Program-made: the position numbers and the translations under genes | In this document: positions 1 to 10,303 of the stretch, piece by piece | How the letters are laid out: the number at the start of each line of letters is the position of its first letter | How positions within the stretch are numbered: the stretch's first letter is position 1 | Notes under the pieces: model-generated | Seen by the model: only the letters and a program-made list of their open reading frames with translations | What the model was told of the DNA's origin: nothing | Databases searched by the model: none | Assembly: GCA_044222185.1 (NCBI GenBank) | Contig: JBGANV010000001.1 | Span: 544,001 to 608,000, forward strand | Length of the DNA: 64,000 nucleotides | Origin: Planctomycetota bacterium | GTDB lineage: Bacteria; Planctomycetota; GCA-002687715; CAIWVZ01 | Reading direction: 5' to 3'

Positions 1-359
1 CAGAAGGTGCATGCCACGGGGCATCCGACCTGCGTCGACAGGCAGATGGTCGAGCGGTCGTCCTCCATGATCAGAACGGCCTCGACGACCTGGTTCGGCC
101 CGACCTCCAGGAGGATCTTCTCGGTCGTCGTGCCGTCGTCGGCGATCCGCCGCACGACGCGGGATTGACGCACGTCGAATTCGGCGCCGAGCGCGTCCCG
201 AAACGCCTTCGGGAGGTTGCTCATCCTCTCCGTGTCGAGGATGCCCTTCTGCATGACCCACGACCAGAGCTGATCACCGCGGTACGCGGGCTGCCCCAGG
301 CGCGCGGCCACGGCGCGGGCGTCGGATTGGGAGAGTTCGGTGAGACGGCGCGTAGACAT
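1..359 (-). CDS. rlmN: 23S rRNA/tRNA A2503 C2-methyltransferase RlmN, N-terminal part (runs off window edge)
   Basis: Manual translation, not in ORF track: [10 protein letters not shown]...[14 protein letters not shown]...MSNLPKAFR...[10 protein letters not shown]...[29 protein letters not shown] (RlmN-type STQVGC-x3-C-x2-C). Confidence 0.9.
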   Translation of the reverse strand, partial: [119 protein letters not shown]

Positions 360-409
360 GGACGTGCACCATACGGCGGATGCGGGGCCGCCCAAGGCGC
401 AGGGGAGGG

Positions 410-1735
410 TCAGGCGCTCGTCTTGCGATCGGACGGTGGCGCGTCCGCGTCGGTCGACCCGCCCGCTCGCTTCGACGTGCCCTTCTTCGGCCGGAGCGGT
501 TTCGTCCCGCGGACGATGTCGCCCGTCACGACGAATTCCTTGCCGGCGCCGATTTCGGGCAGGTGGAAGACGGTGTCGCGCAGGATCCCTTCGATGATCG
601 ACCGCAGCGCGCGAACGCCGGTCTTTCGCTTCAGTGCCTGTGCGGCGATTTCGTCCAGTGCTTCGTCAGTGAATCGCAGCGTTGCGCCCTCGATCTCGAA
701 CATCCGTTGGTACTGGCGGGTGAGCGCGCTCTTGGGCTCGACCAGCACGCGCTTGAGGTCATTGGCGGCGAGAGGGTCGAGCACGGCGACGACGGGAAGC
801 CGACCGAGAAACTCGGGGATCATCCCGAAATGGATGAGGTCTTCGGTCTCGACCTCGCGCATGAAGCTGATGTTCGGGCGGTCATCTGCGGTGTCCGCGC
901 CGGGATGTGCCGACTCGAAGCCGATGCGCGATCGTCCGATGCGGCGTCCGATGATGTCCTCGAGGCCGACGAAGGTGCCACCGCAGATGAACAGGATGTT
1001 CGTCGTATCGACGGCGATGTACTGCTGTTCGGGGTGCTTCCGGCCGCCCTGCGGCGGGACGTTGGAGACGGTGCCCTCCAGCATCTTGAGCAGCGCCTGC
1101 TGCACGCCCTCGCCGGAGACGTCGCGAGTGATCGACACGTTCTGTTGCGTCCGGGCGATCTTGTCGATCTCGTCGATGAAGACGATGCCCTTCTGGGCGC
1201 GCGCGAGGTTGAAGTCGGCGTTCTGGAGGAGCTTCAGGAGCAAGTTCTCGACGTCCTCACCGACGTAGCCGGCCTCCGTGAGGGTCGTTGCGTCGCCGAT
1301 GGCGAAGGGGACGTCCAGAAGCTTCGCGAGCGTGCGTGCGAGAAGCGTCTTGCCGGAGCCCGTGGGACCGATGAGCAGGATGTTGCTCTTCTCGATCTCG
1401 ACTTCGTCGCGCTTCTCGCCACCCTGCGCGAGGCGCTGGTAATGGTGGTAGACGGCGACGGAGAGGACCTTCTTCGCCTCCTCCTGGCCGATGACGTACT
1501 GGCTCAAGTGATCGTAGATCTTGCGCGGACTCGGGACGGCGAGGCGTTCCGTCGGAGTCGAGTGCCCGCGCGCAAGGCCCTGCTTGCGATTCTCCTCGAC
1601 GAGGATCGTGTTGCAGATGTCGATGCACTCGTTGCAGATGTTGACGCCCGGCGGGCCAGCAACCAGGCTTTGCACCCGGTGCCGACCCTTCCCACAGAAC
1701 GTACAGGCTTCGTGGTTGCTACCGCGCGGGCTCAT
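410..1735 (-). CDS. clpX: ATP-dependent Clp protease ATP-binding subunit ClpX
   Basis: N-terminal C4 zinc finger (CTFC...CNEC), [38 protein letters not shown] loop. Confidence 0.98.
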   Translation of the reverse strand: MSPRGSNHEACTFCGKGRHRVQSLVAGPPGVNICNECIDICNTILVEENRKQGLARGHSTPTERLAVPSPRKIYDHLSQYVIGQEEAKKVLSVAVYHHYQRLAQGGEKRDEVEIEKSNILLIGPTGSGKTLLARTLAKLLDVPFAIGDATTLTEAGYVGEDVENLLLKLLQNADFNLARAQKGIVFIDEIDKIARTQQNVSITRDVSGEGVQQALLKMLEGTVSNVPPQGGRKHPEQQYIAVDTTNILFICGGTFVGLEDIIGRRIGRSRIGFESAHPGADTADDRPNISFMREVETEDLIHFGMIPEFLGRLPVVAVLDPLAANDLKRVLVEPKSALTRQYQRMFEIEGATLRFTDEALDEIAAQALKRKTGVRALRSIIEGILRDTVFHLPEIGAGKEFVVTGDIVRGTKPLRPKKGTSKRAGGSTDADAPPSDRKTSA

Positions 1736-1742
1736 CGATCGC

Positions 1743-2345
1743 TCACTTCTTGAGCGAGTCTACCACGTGGTCCACGAGTCCGAGCTCCTTCGCATCGGCC
1801 GCCGACATGAAGTGGTCGCGATCGGTGAGGCGCTCGATCTGCTCGTACGGCTTGTTGCAGTGCGTCGCGAGGATCTCGTTCAGGCGCTTCTTCAGGCGCA
1901 TGATCTCCTCGGCCTGGATGCTGATGTCCGACGCCGTGCCCTGAGCACCGCCCCAGGGCTGATGGATCATGATCCGAGCGTTGGACAGGGCGTATCGCTT
2001 GCCGGGCGACCCGGCGGACAGGAGGACAGCCCCCATGCTCGCCGCCTGGCCGATGCAGTAGGTCGCCACCGGGCACTTCACGAACTGCATCGTGTCGTAG
2101 ATCGCCAGACCGGCCGTGACGGACCCGCCGGGAGAGTTGATGTAGATGCTGATTTCGCGATTGACGTCCTTCGCGAGGAACAAGAGCTGCGCGACGACCG
2201 CGTTCGCGAAACCGTCATCGATTCCCGTCCCGATGAAGATGATCCGGTCCTCGAGGAGCCGGCTGTAGATGTCACACGACCGTTCCCCGCGACCGGTCTT
2301 CTCGATCACGAACGGGATGTAGTAGTTCGCCTTCTCCGTGCTCAT
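1743..2345 (-). CDS. clpP: Clp protease proteolytic subunit ClpP
   Basis: [36 protein letters not shown]; start set at MSTEK behind a GGAG RBS. Confidence 0.98.
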   Translation of the reverse strand: MSTEKANYYIPFVIEKTGRGERSCDIYSRLLEDRIIFIGTGIDDGFANAVVAQLLFLAKDVNREISIYINSPGGSVTAGLAIYDTMQFVKCPVATYCIGQAASMGAVLLSAGSPGKRYALSNARIMIHQPWGGAQGTASDISIQAEEIMRLKKRLNEILATHCNKPYEQIERLTDRDHFMSAADAKELGLVDHVVDSLKK

Positions 2346-2355
2346 TCCGCTCTCC

Positions 2356-3711
2356 TCAAGCCGTAGCGCCCAGGGCTGCTCCGTCAGTGACGTCCGTGAT
2401 GGTGGCGTTCGCACGCAGCATGTCCAGCACCTTGCGCTCGATGATCTCGGCGCGAAGTTCCGGCATCAGGTGTCGTTCCTCGTAGTGCGTGCGGACATCC
2501 GTCGGCGTCACATCGTGCTGGCGGGCGATCCTTTCGATCTCTTTGGTGACATCGTCTTCGAGCGCGAAAATCTTCTCTTTTTTCGCAAGTCGTTCCACGA
2601 TCAACCACGCACGGGCGTCACGCTCGATGATCTTGCGGACCTCGGCCTTCTCCGCATCGACGTCCGCTTCGGCCTTGTTCCGGCTGTCGCCCCGGACCAT
2701 CCGCTCGGCCGTCCGCTGCCGCAGACGGCGCTCGAGCGCCCTGTCGATGGGGCCTTGAGCCATTTCGAACGGCGTCGCCTCGACGAGCTTGTTCAGGAGT
2801 CCTTGCTCGACCTCCGCATCGGCCGCCGCCTTGTGCGCCGCCTCGAGCGACTTGCGGACGTCGGCGCGAAGCGACGCAACGTCGTCCTTGTCGAATCCGC
2901 GCGCGAATTCGTCGTTCAGCTCGGGGAGTCGCGGACGTTTGATCTCGTTCACCGTGATCGTGAGCTCGACGTCCTTGTGTTCGTGACGGTGGTCGTGTGC
3001 GTCATGCTCCCCACCGTCGTCGTCGTCGTGCCCATGGTTGTGGATGAGCAGCTCCGCATCGACGGTGACGGAGTCGCCGGCCTTCTTTCCGGCGAGCGCG
3101 ACAGGGAGGCCCTCGATCGTGAAATCGGGGATCTCGGGCTCGTCGCCCCCGATGGGGACATCACGCATGGTGCGGATGCTCGCGCCGTCGGCCTTTGCTT
3201 CCAGGTTGACGAGCACGAAGTCGCCAGGCGCGTAGCCCTCGGACACCGGCTCGACCACCGCCTTCTTGCGGCGCAGATCCTCGATCACGCGATCGATGTC
3301 GGCGTCGCCGACTGCCTTCACCTTCCGCTCGATAGTCAGGCCCTTGAAAGCGGGCACGTCGAAGACCGGCTTCACCTCGACGGTGAACTGGAACGTGAAC
3401 GGTTTCGCGCTCTCGACTGGTGTGGGAGTCCCCGTGAACTCGGGCTCCGAGACCACGTCGAGCTTCTGCTCCGTGAGGGCCTCTCGGACCGACTTCTCGA
3501 CGAGTTCGCTCGTGACGTCGGCACGCACCTGGTCGCCGAACTTCCGCTCGACCATGGTCATCGGAGCCTTGCCGGGGCGGAAACCCGGGAAGACGACCTG
3601 CGTGCGGACCTTCTCGAACGCCGTGGCGAGCTCAGTGTCCACATCGGTCGAGGGAACTGTGACGCTCACCTCTTTCTTGCACGGTCCGATGTCGCGGGTC
3701 TGGATGTCCAT
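2356..3711 (-). CDS. tig: Trigger factor with His/Asp-rich insertion
   Basis: Ribosome-binding motif [18 protein letters not shown], canonical tig-clpP-clpX order. Confidence 0.95.
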   Translation of the reverse strand: MDIQTRDIGPCKKEVSVTVPSTDVDTELATAFEKVRTQVVFPGFRPGKAPMTMVERKFGDQVRADVTSELVEKSVREALTEQKLDVVSEPEFTGTPTPVESAKPFTFQFTVEVKPVFDVPAFKGLTIERKVKAVGDADIDRVIEDLRRKKAVVEPVSEGYAPGDFVLVNLEAKADGASIRTMRDVPIGGDEPEIPDFTIEGLPVALAGKKAGDSVTVDAELLIHNHGHDDDDGGEHDAHDHRHEHKDVELTITVNEIKRPRLPELNDEFARGFDKDDVASLRADVRKSLEAAHKAAADAEVEQGLLNKLVEATPFEMAQGPIDRALERRLRQRTAERMVRGDSRNKAEADVDAEKAEVRKIIERDARAWLIVERLAKKEKIFALEDDVTKEIERIARQHDVTPTDVRTHYEERHLMPELRAEIIERKVLDMLRANATITDVTDGAALGATA

Positions 3712-3767
3712 GTGGCCTTCGGGGGCAATGAGTTTCGGTTACGTCCGATCAGCGCGCGCCGAACGGG

Positions 3768-3796
3768 AAAAAAAGGGTATGGCCGGCGTTCCGGCC
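3768..3796 (-). terminator. Possible intrinsic terminator after pentapeptide gene
   Basis: Minus strand GGCCGG-AACG-CCGGCC hairpin, then ATACCC and T7; U-tract is not directly adjacent to the stem. Confidence 0.35.
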
Positions 3797-3809
3797 GTTC
3801 AAGCCGCGA

Positions 3810-4475
3810 TCACGCGGACGGAGGTCCCAGCAGCGAATCCCGCCCGATCGTCTCGTCGTTCACGATCACGAGGTCGAGGCCAGTGACTCCGCCGAACCGT
3901 GCCCCGTGGAGGTTTGCGCCGGAGAAGTCGCACCGCGCGACGTTGCAGCCGGTGAAGTCGGTTCCGCTCAAATCCGCGGCGCAAAACGTGGCGTCCGACA
4001 CGTCGCAGCCTTTGAAGTTCGACCCCTGTGCATGAACGCCGTGGAAGAACGCATGTTTGAGGTTGGCACCTTCGAAGTTCGCCTTCTTCGCGTCGGAGCC
4101 TTCGAAGTTGGTGCGCTCGAGGCGGGCACCCCGGAAGTCGACCTCGTCCAGCTTGGACTCGGAGAAGTTCCCCTTGAAGAGGTCGGCCTCGCGGAGGTCC
4201 GCGCCACTCAGGTCGGCTTCGATGAAGACCGTCTCCGTGAGGTCGCAGCGACGGAGCACCGCGCGTTGAAGGTTCGAGCGCGACAGGTTGGCCTTCTTGA
4301 ACGAGACGTCGGAGAAGTCGCACTCCTGGAGAGGCACCCCCACGCCGCCGAAGTAATAAACGTCGTGGAGGACGTCCTCACGCCACTTCGCCTTCTCACC
4401 GTCCGTGATGTGGCGAAAGCAGGTCTGGGACCAGTAGACGGGCGGACGTGGACAATGCGTGCATGTGACGAGCAT
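3810..4475 (-). CDS. Pentapeptide repeat protein with N-terminal Cys/His motif
   Basis: Continuous A(D/N)L/Fxx repeats (ANLSR, ADLSG, ADLRE, ANFEG...); N-terminus CTHC-x10-CFRH. Confidence 0.9.
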   Translation of the reverse strand: MLVTCTHCPRPPVYWSQTCFRHITDGEKAKWREDVLHDVYYFGGVGVPLQECDFSDVSFKKANLSRSNLQRAVLRRCDLTETVFIEADLSGADLREADLFKGNFSESKLDEVDFRGARLERTNFEGSDAKKANFEGANLKHAFFHGVHAQGSNFKGCDVSDATFCAADLSGTDFTGCNVARCDFSGANLHGARFGGVTGLDLVIVNDETIGRDSLLGPPSA

Positions 4476-4644
4476 CAGAACCTCGCTCGAATCTATGGCC
4501 GCGGGGACGGTGCGACAAGCGACGAGGCGCGTTTGATAGACTCCCGCCTCGTCGCGGCGGCCAGCAGCTGCTGCACGGACCGACGCCGAGAACTGACCGA
4601 CCGCCCGTCAGGCGGACGCGTTCCCAAGATCGTGGGAGTTTCCG

Positions 4645-5964
4645 ATGACTCGTGAGTTCGCAGACCGCCGCAAGGCGCTGATGTGCAGGCTCGAGGGCGG
4701 GGCGGCGTTGTTCGCCGCAGCACCGGAAACGATTCGGAACAACGACGTCCACAACGAATATCGCCAGGACTCGGACCTGTGGTACCTGAGCGGTTTCGGG
4801 GAACCGGAGGCCGTCCTCCTCCTGCGGCCGGGAAAGGAGCCCGACGCCGTGATGTTCGTCCGACCGCGCGACCGGGCAAAGGAGGTGTGGAACGGCTTCC
4901 GTGCCGGGCCTGAGGGCGTCGTCGAGCGATTCGGCATTCCCAAGGCGCACCCACTCGAGGACATCGAGAAGGAGCTCCCCAAGTACCTCGAGGGATTCGG
5001 GCGTCTGTACTACCGCATGGGGCGCGATCATGCCTTCGACCGGCGGGTCCTCGGCTGGCTCGAACCCTTCCGCAGTCCGCGGTTGAAGCTCGGCGCCGGC
5101 CCCGTCGACATCATGGACCCGGCTGCGACCCTCCACGAGATGCGGCTGGTGAAGGCGCCGGAAGAATTGCGCGCGCTCCGCGAGGCCGGGCGGATCTCCG
5201 CCGAGGCACACACGGCCGCCATGCGGGTGTGCGCGCCGGGGATGCACGAGTACGAGTTGGAGGCGGTCGTGGAGTACGTGTTCCGCCGCAGCGGCTCGGC
5301 GCGACTCGGATACCCCTGCATCGTCGGCGCTGGCATCAACAGCACGATCCTGCACTACAACGACAACTGCGCACCGATCCGCGACGGCGAGCTCGTCCTG
5401 ATCGACGCCGGATGCGAGGTGGACTATTACACCGCCGACATCACCCGCACCTGGCCCGCAAACGGGAGGTTCACCAAGCCTCAACGTGCCGTCTACGAAG
5501 TCGTGCTCGAAGCGCAGCTGGCCGCGATCGAGTGCTGCCGGACCGGCCGCAGATTCGACGAGGTCCACGACGTCGCCACCCGATGCCTGGTCGAAGGGAT
5601 GGTCCGGCTCGGATTGTTGACCGGTAGCGTCGACACGCTCATCTCGGAGAGCAAGTACAAGCGTCTTTACATGCACCGGACCAGCCACTGGCTTGGGCTC
5701 GACGTACACGATGTCGGGCGCTACGCCACGGGCGATGGCGCGAGGATGCTCGAACCCGGCCAGGTTCTGACCGTCGAGCCCGGAATCTACGTCGCGCACG
5801 ATGATCAGGAGTCGCCGGCCGAGTATCGCGGCATCGGCGTCCGAATCGAGGACGACGTGCTCGTCACCGGCGCGAATCCGGAGGTCCTCACGGCGGGGGT
5901 TCCGAAGTCCGTCGCCGAACTCGAACGGGAGTGCTCTCGGCGGATCCCGCTCCCGACGTTCTGA
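4645..5964 (+). CDS. pepP: Xaa-Pro aminopeptidase (M24B)
   Basis: YRQDSDLWYLSG, LHY, DAGCE, ADITRT, HWLGLDVHD, TVEPGIY, GVRIEDD. Confidence 0.95.
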   Translation: MTREFADRRKALMCRLEGGAALFAAAPETIRNNDVHNEYRQDSDLWYLSGFGEPEAVLLLRPGKEPDAVMFVRPRDRAKEVWNGFRAGPEGVVERFGIPKAHPLEDIEKELPKYLEGFGRLYYRMGRDHAFDRRVLGWLEPFRSPRLKLGAGPVDIMDPAATLHEMRLVKAPEELRALREAGRISAEAHTAAMRVCAPGMHEYELEAVVEYVFRRSGSARLGYPCIVGAGINSTILHYNDNCAPIRDGELVLIDAGCEVDYYTADITRTWPANGRFTKPQRAVYEVVLEAQLAAIECCRTGRRFDEVHDVATRCLVEGMVRLGLLTGSVDTLISESKYKRLYMHRTSHWLGLDVHDVGRYATGDGARMLEPGQVLTVEPGIYVAHDDQESPAEYRGIGVRIEDDVLVTGANPEVLTAGVPKSVAELERECSRRIPLPTF

Positions 5965-5970
5965 CGTCGG

Positions 5971-6399
5971 TTACGAGGTCCAGGCCGCGTCGAGCCGGAC
6001 GCCCAGGTCCGTGACGCGCTCGACGATCTCGGTCCCGACTCGCTGCCAGGTCGCCTGATCGCGCCGGTAGGGATCGTCCACCGGCCAGGATTCGAAATGG
6101 CCATTCCAATCGGGCGGGACCGCGAACAACCCCGAAAGGTCGATGATCGCGTCGGCGGATGCGATGAGCGGCGCTGACGCCGGCTTGCTCTCGAGATCGT
6201 CGGCGGCATATCCCAGCGAGCGGAGGGTCGCGACGGTTTCGGCGGGGATTCGCCAGAGCGGCTGGATTCCTGCGCTTCGGGCCGCGATCCACTGGGGGAA
6301 GATCCGGCGCGCGACCGCCTCTGCCATGGGACTCCGGCAAGCGTTGCCGATGCAAATGAACAGAACGGTGCGGTGAGGATGGCTGGCGGGCGTCGACAT
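5971..6399 (-). CDS. Low-molecular-weight protein-tyrosine phosphatase / ArsC-like protein
   Basis: P-loop VLFICIGNACRSPMAE, SAG, WPVDDPY. Confidence 0.85.
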   Translation of the reverse strand: MSTPASHPHRTVLFICIGNACRSPMAEAVARRIFPQWIAARSAGIQPLWRIPAETVATLRSLGYAADDLESKPASAPLIASADAIIDLSGLFAVPPDWNGHFESWPVDDPYRRDQATWQRVGTEIVERVTDLGVRLDAAWTS

Positions 6400-6454
6400 C
6401 GTTTCCTATCGTACGCGGCGTCCGTCTCGGCGCTGCTGACCGGGGGCCTGCTAC

Positions 6455-9163
6455 GTGTCGGAACAACCGATATCAGTTTCTCCGGATGCTCTGCTGAAAC
6501 CGGGAACGGTCGTCGACGACTTCGTCATCGAGGAGCTGTTCTCGATCGGTGCGAGCAGCGTCGTCTATCGGGCGCGCCAGCCGTCACTCGACCGGACGGT
6601 GGCGCTGAAGCTGCTGCCGAAGGAGCGCAGCTCCGACCAGCGCTGGGTCACGCACTTCCGCCGCGGCGCCCAGCTGCTCGCGGCGATCACGCACCCCAAC
6701 ATCGTGCCCGTCTACGGCTCGGGGCGATATCACGACCGGGAGTTCCTGGCGATGATGTTCGTCCCCGGCGGACATGCCCTCGATCGCGCGTTCCCAGCCC
6801 CGCAGAGCGAAGCCGGGCTCGCGGGTCTGCTCACTGCGGGGCGTGACATCGCGAAGGCGCTCGCGTTCATCCACCAACAGGGGTTCGTTCACGGCGACGT
6901 GAAACCGTCGAACATCCTCGTGGGCGCCAACGGACATGCCTACCTCATCGACTTCGATCTGGCGAATCGCCCCGGCGAGGCGATCCGTATCGGTCCCGAA
7001 GGTGATCGCGCCAGTCGTTTCCTCGCACCCGAGGCGTTGACGGCGTCCGGTACGACCATGGATCACCGCTCGGACATCTACTCGTTCGGCGCGACGCTCT
7101 ACTCGGCGCTCGCAGGGAATCCACCGCGAACGCCGCTTCCCATTCCGCTCGTGGACGTGCGACCGGATCTGTCGGCAGGCCTGTGCGCGGTCGTCCATCG
7201 CTGCCTCGAGGAAGATGCGAACAAGAGATACCCCGACGCGGCCGCGGTCGTCGAAGCCGTCGATGAGCTCATCGAGGGCATGACGACGCCAGGCCCCGGA
7301 CGCAACCTCGGGCCATTCGAGATCGTCGCCGAGATCGGTCGTGGGGGGATGGGCGTCGTGTTCCGCGCCATCCAGCAGCCGCTCGGCCGTGAGGTCGCGC
7401 TGAAGGTCCTCCCGCAGGAATTCGGGGCGATGCCGTCGCGCGTCAAGCGATTCCAACGCGAGGCCGAGGCAATCTCCCGCCTCGACCATCCGCACATCAT
7501 CCCGATCTACGCGTTCGGCAAATTCGGTGGGTACCACTACTTCGCGATGAAGCTCGTGAAGGGGCCCACGCTCGCCAAGCTCATCGAATCCATGAAGCGG
7601 ACCCGCGATGACGCTCCTCCGAAGGACGACGAGTTCACCATGCAGTTCGCCTCCGTCGCAGACGGAACGCGGTCCACGCTCGTCGATTCCGCGCCGACCG
7701 TCCCCGAGCCGGCGAAGCGGCCCGCGACGCCACCGCCACCTCCGAGCGCTGCCGCCGATGCCGGCGATCCGGCCTACATCGAGCGGATCCTCGGGATCTT
7801 CGTGAAGGTGGCGGGAGCGCTGGCCCACGCCCACGAGCACGGGATCCTCCATCGCGACATCAAGCCGGCGAACATCATCATCGACGAGGACGGGGAGCCT
7901 TTCGTCCTCGACTTCGGCCTCGCGCGGGACGAGACCGACCTGGCGCTCACGGATTCGCAGGCCGTCTGTGGCACGCCCTACTACATGGCGCCCGAGCAGG
8001 TCCAATCGGATGGCTCACCCACCGACCGGCGGACGGACGTGTGGGGCTTGGGCGTGACGCTGTTCGAGGTGCTTGCGCTCACGCAGCCGTTCGGCGGCGC
8101 ATCGAGGGACCAGCTCTTCGCGAACATCGCCGTCGCCGACATCCCGCCGCTGCGCGAGATCAACAAAGGCGTGAGTCGCGACCTGGAGGGCGTGGTCCAG
8201 AAGGCGCTGCGGCGAAGTCGGATCGAGCGATACCAGGACGTGGCGGCCTTCGCGGAGGACATTCGAGCCGTCCTCGACGGCAGGCCCACGTCGGCCAAGC
8301 CTACGAGTTCGCTGCATCGCATCGTGGCCAACGCCCGTCGACACCGAGTCCCGACGGGGTTCGCGCTTCTCGTCGGCCTTTTCCTCGCCGCCTTCTCGTT
8401 GGTCGTCGGGCTCAAGCTGGCGGCGGGACCGGGCACGGGTCCGGCCGATGGATCGAGATTCGTCGCGGACCCGTCCGCCGTCGCCGACGAACTCCCTCGG
8501 GCCGCTGCCGTCCTCGCCATCGTCGCCGAGAACCCCGCCGACCCTGCATCTCCCATGGTGGAGATCGTGCCGGCGGCCTATTCCAGTCGCGAGAACGCCG
8601 TCCTCGTCCCGAGCGGGGTGCACGCGGCGCTCCCGCCCGGCTTCGACGCCGCGAAGCATGGATTCCTCGTCTGGGCGACGACGAACCCGGTCGTCCCCAT
8701 GGATCTGGACGATCCGAACGTGTATCGCGTCGGTGCGGGATCGGCCCAGCAGCTCTCCCGCCTCGCGCGGACCCTCCCGCACGCGGTGAAGTCGTTGCCC
8801 CAGATGGCCGGCTTCGGCCGCCTGGGTCGCGCCGACAGTGCCGACGGCGCCATCACCGCCTACCGCTTCGATGGGTCGACCCGCGTGATGCGGTGCGCCG
8901 AGTCACAGCGCGTCGAGCGGTGGACGTCCGGCGCGACGATCGCGGCCCGGTGCCTCACGCTCCACGTCGACCGCACCCGCATGGATCGGCTTGGCCTCGA
9001 ACCGGGAAGCCTCGCCGTACCGACCGACGGGAAGACGCCGTCGGCGTCCTTCGCCACCGACGCCATGCGGAACGGCGGCGTGGTCGTCGGCCTCGGCGGC
9101 GAGATCCTGGGCTACCTCGTTCGCGGTGGCCGTTTCATCGACCTGGGCTGGCTTGGGGAATGA
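6455..9163 (+). CDS. Membrane Ser/Thr kinase with two tandem Hanks kinase domains and a C-terminal sensor-like domain
   Basis: Domain 1: VALK, HGDVKPSN, DFD, LAPE. Domain 2: GRGGMGVV, VALK, HRDIKPAN, DFG, GTPYYMAPE. Hydrophobic helix FALLVGLFLAAFSLVVGL. Confidence 0.9.
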   Translation: MSEQPISVSPDALLKPGTVVDDFVIEELFSIGASSVVYRARQPSLDRTVALKLLPKERSSDQRWVTHFRRGAQLLAAITHPNIVPVYGSGRYHDREFLAMMFVPGGHALDRAFPAPQSEAGLAGLLTAGRDIAKALAFIHQQGFVHGDVKPSNILVGANGHAYLIDFDLANRPGEAIRIGPEGDRASRFLAPEALTASGTTMDHRSDIYSFGATLYSALAGNPPRTPLPIPLVDVRPDLSAGLCAVVHRCLEEDANKRYPDAAAVVEAVDELIEGMTTPGPGRNLGPFEIVAEIGRGGMGVVFRAIQQPLGREVALKVLPQEFGAMPSRVKRFQREAEAISRLDHPHIIPIYAFGKFGGYHYFAMKLVKGPTLAKLIESMKRTRDDAPPKDDEFTMQFASVADGTRSTLVDSAPTVPEPAKRPATPPPPPSAAADAGDPAYIERILGIFVKVAGALAHAHEHGILHRDIKPANIIIDEDGEPFVLDFGLARDETDLALTDSQAVCGTPYYMAPEQVQSDGSPTDRRTDVWGLGVTLFEVLALTQPFGGASRDQLFANIAVADIPPLREINKGVSRDLEGVVQKALRRSRIERYQDVAAFAEDIRAVLDGRPTSAKPTSSLHRIVANARRHRVPTGFALLVGLFLAAFSLVVGLKLAAGPGTGPADGSRFVADPSAVADELPRAAAVLAIVAENPADPASPMVEIVPAAYSSRENAVLVPSGVHAALPPGFDAAKHGFLVWATTNPVVPMDLDDPNVYRVGAGSAQQLSRLARTLPHAVKSLPQMAGFGRLGRADSADGAITAYRFDGSTRVMRCAESQRVERWTSGATIAARCLTLHVDRTRMDRLGLEPGSLAVPTDGKTPSASFATDAMRNGGVVVGLGGEILGYLVRGGRFIDLGWLGE

Positions 9164-9456
9164 CCGGTCCGGCTCCGGCGCGTCGCGGAGTCGAGCTCTC
9201 GGCCGACGTCACTGACACCCGTCGGCGGGAGCGCCCGATCGTCCGGCGGCGTGCGGGAGACACGACGGGCAACCGGTCCGCGCGATCCCGGAACCGAGCC
9301 GGTCGCACGGCTTCCGCCCGGTGAGCGACGGCGGGGAAGCCGGCGGCGTCGCAGCCCGATCGTGCGACGGCGCGCCTCTTCGCCGACCGTCGATCGGGTT
9401 GCCGTCGATCTCGCGCCGGCCGCCGCGCGCGTCCCGTCGATGACGCGGACTCGTGA

Positions 9457-10254
9457 CTACACGAACAGGACGGGCTCGACCGTGAGGTCGGTTACGCCGT
9501 GGTCTATCAACACGCGGAACAGCCGCTGCGACATCACCACTTCGGGCATGATCTGCTGGCCGTTGCCGAACGTCTCGAAACTGAGGTTGAGGTCGCTGAG
9601 CTTCTCGACGGCCACGTCGTAGAACGGCAGCGAGTGAAGCTCGAGTCCGCCCTGCCCACACTCGGGGCACACGCCTTCGGGATCATGCACGAATCGCGTC
9701 GGCGGCGAGTGCATCGGCGGCAGACGATGGGTTGGCAAGACCTCGAACCATCGTGTGAGCGTGCCTCCCGGTTCCTTCACCGGTCGCAGGAGACAGCCGG
9801 TGATGTGCTCTCGGATCAGGGTCGCCGCGAGGGATTCGTCGACGACGAACCCACCGGTCGCCGTCCTGGCGAACATGGTCGGTGGCGAGTCGGCGCTCAA
9901 CTCGAGTGCCGGCGGCGCCTCGATGAGCTGATCCGTCGCGTGGCGACACGTGGGCTCTGCGAGCGCGGCACCCAGGCTGCTCACCACGATCCGTTCGGGG
10001 CGCGTCAGGTGCAGAGCCGACGCGTGGTCGATCTCGTCCGGACTGAAGCTCCGTTCCTCGTGGATCCGGAATTCGGCCTCCAGATCCTCGAGGATGTCGG
10101 TCACGCGGCGCGCGGCCTCGTTCGCGTGGTGAAATCGAACCTGGTACGTCCCCTCGCCGAAAGTTGCACCCGGGAGAACCTCCTCGAGTGCGGATGTGAG
10201 CCGCTCGGCTTCCATTGCCGAGAGTCGAACGGTCACGACGGTTTCGAGCCTCAT
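9457..10254 (-). CDS. Hypothetical protein with CxxC motif, resembling Imm11/double-CXXCG-type proteins
   Basis: Coding-like ORF; CPECG and two repeats of 'V(D/S)xxL...LI.xx(I/V)T(G/D)...(R/E)PV'. Confidence 0.6.
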   Translation of the reverse strand: MRLETVVTVRLSAMEAERLTSALEEVLPGATFGEGTYQVRFHHANEAARRVTDILEDLEAEFRIHEERSFSPDEIDHASALHLTRPERIVVSSLGAALAEPTCRHATDQLIEAPPALELSADSPPTMFARTATGGFVVDESLAATLIREHITGCLLRPVKEPGGTLTRWFEVLPTHRLPPMHSPPTRFVHDPEGVCPECGQGGLELHSLPFYDVAVEKLSDLNLSFETFGNGQQIMPEVVMSQRLFRVLIDHGVTDLTVEPVLFV

Positions 10255-10275
10255 GCCCGGCCTCCGCGCTAGTCT

Positions 10276-10303
10276 CCGATGTATAGACCTGTCTCTATAT
10301 CGG
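10276..10303. promoter_or_regulatory. AT-rich inverted repeat, candidate operator
   Basis: CCGATGTATAGAC-CT-GTCTCTATATCGG: 13-bp arms with 2 mismatches, 21 bp upstream of the 10254 start. Confidence 0.45.

Noticed and set aside
9164-9456. ~290-bp gap between convergent genes with short ORFs
   Set aside because: ORFs are Arg/Pro-rich noise, and I could not identify a convincing RNA structure or repeat.
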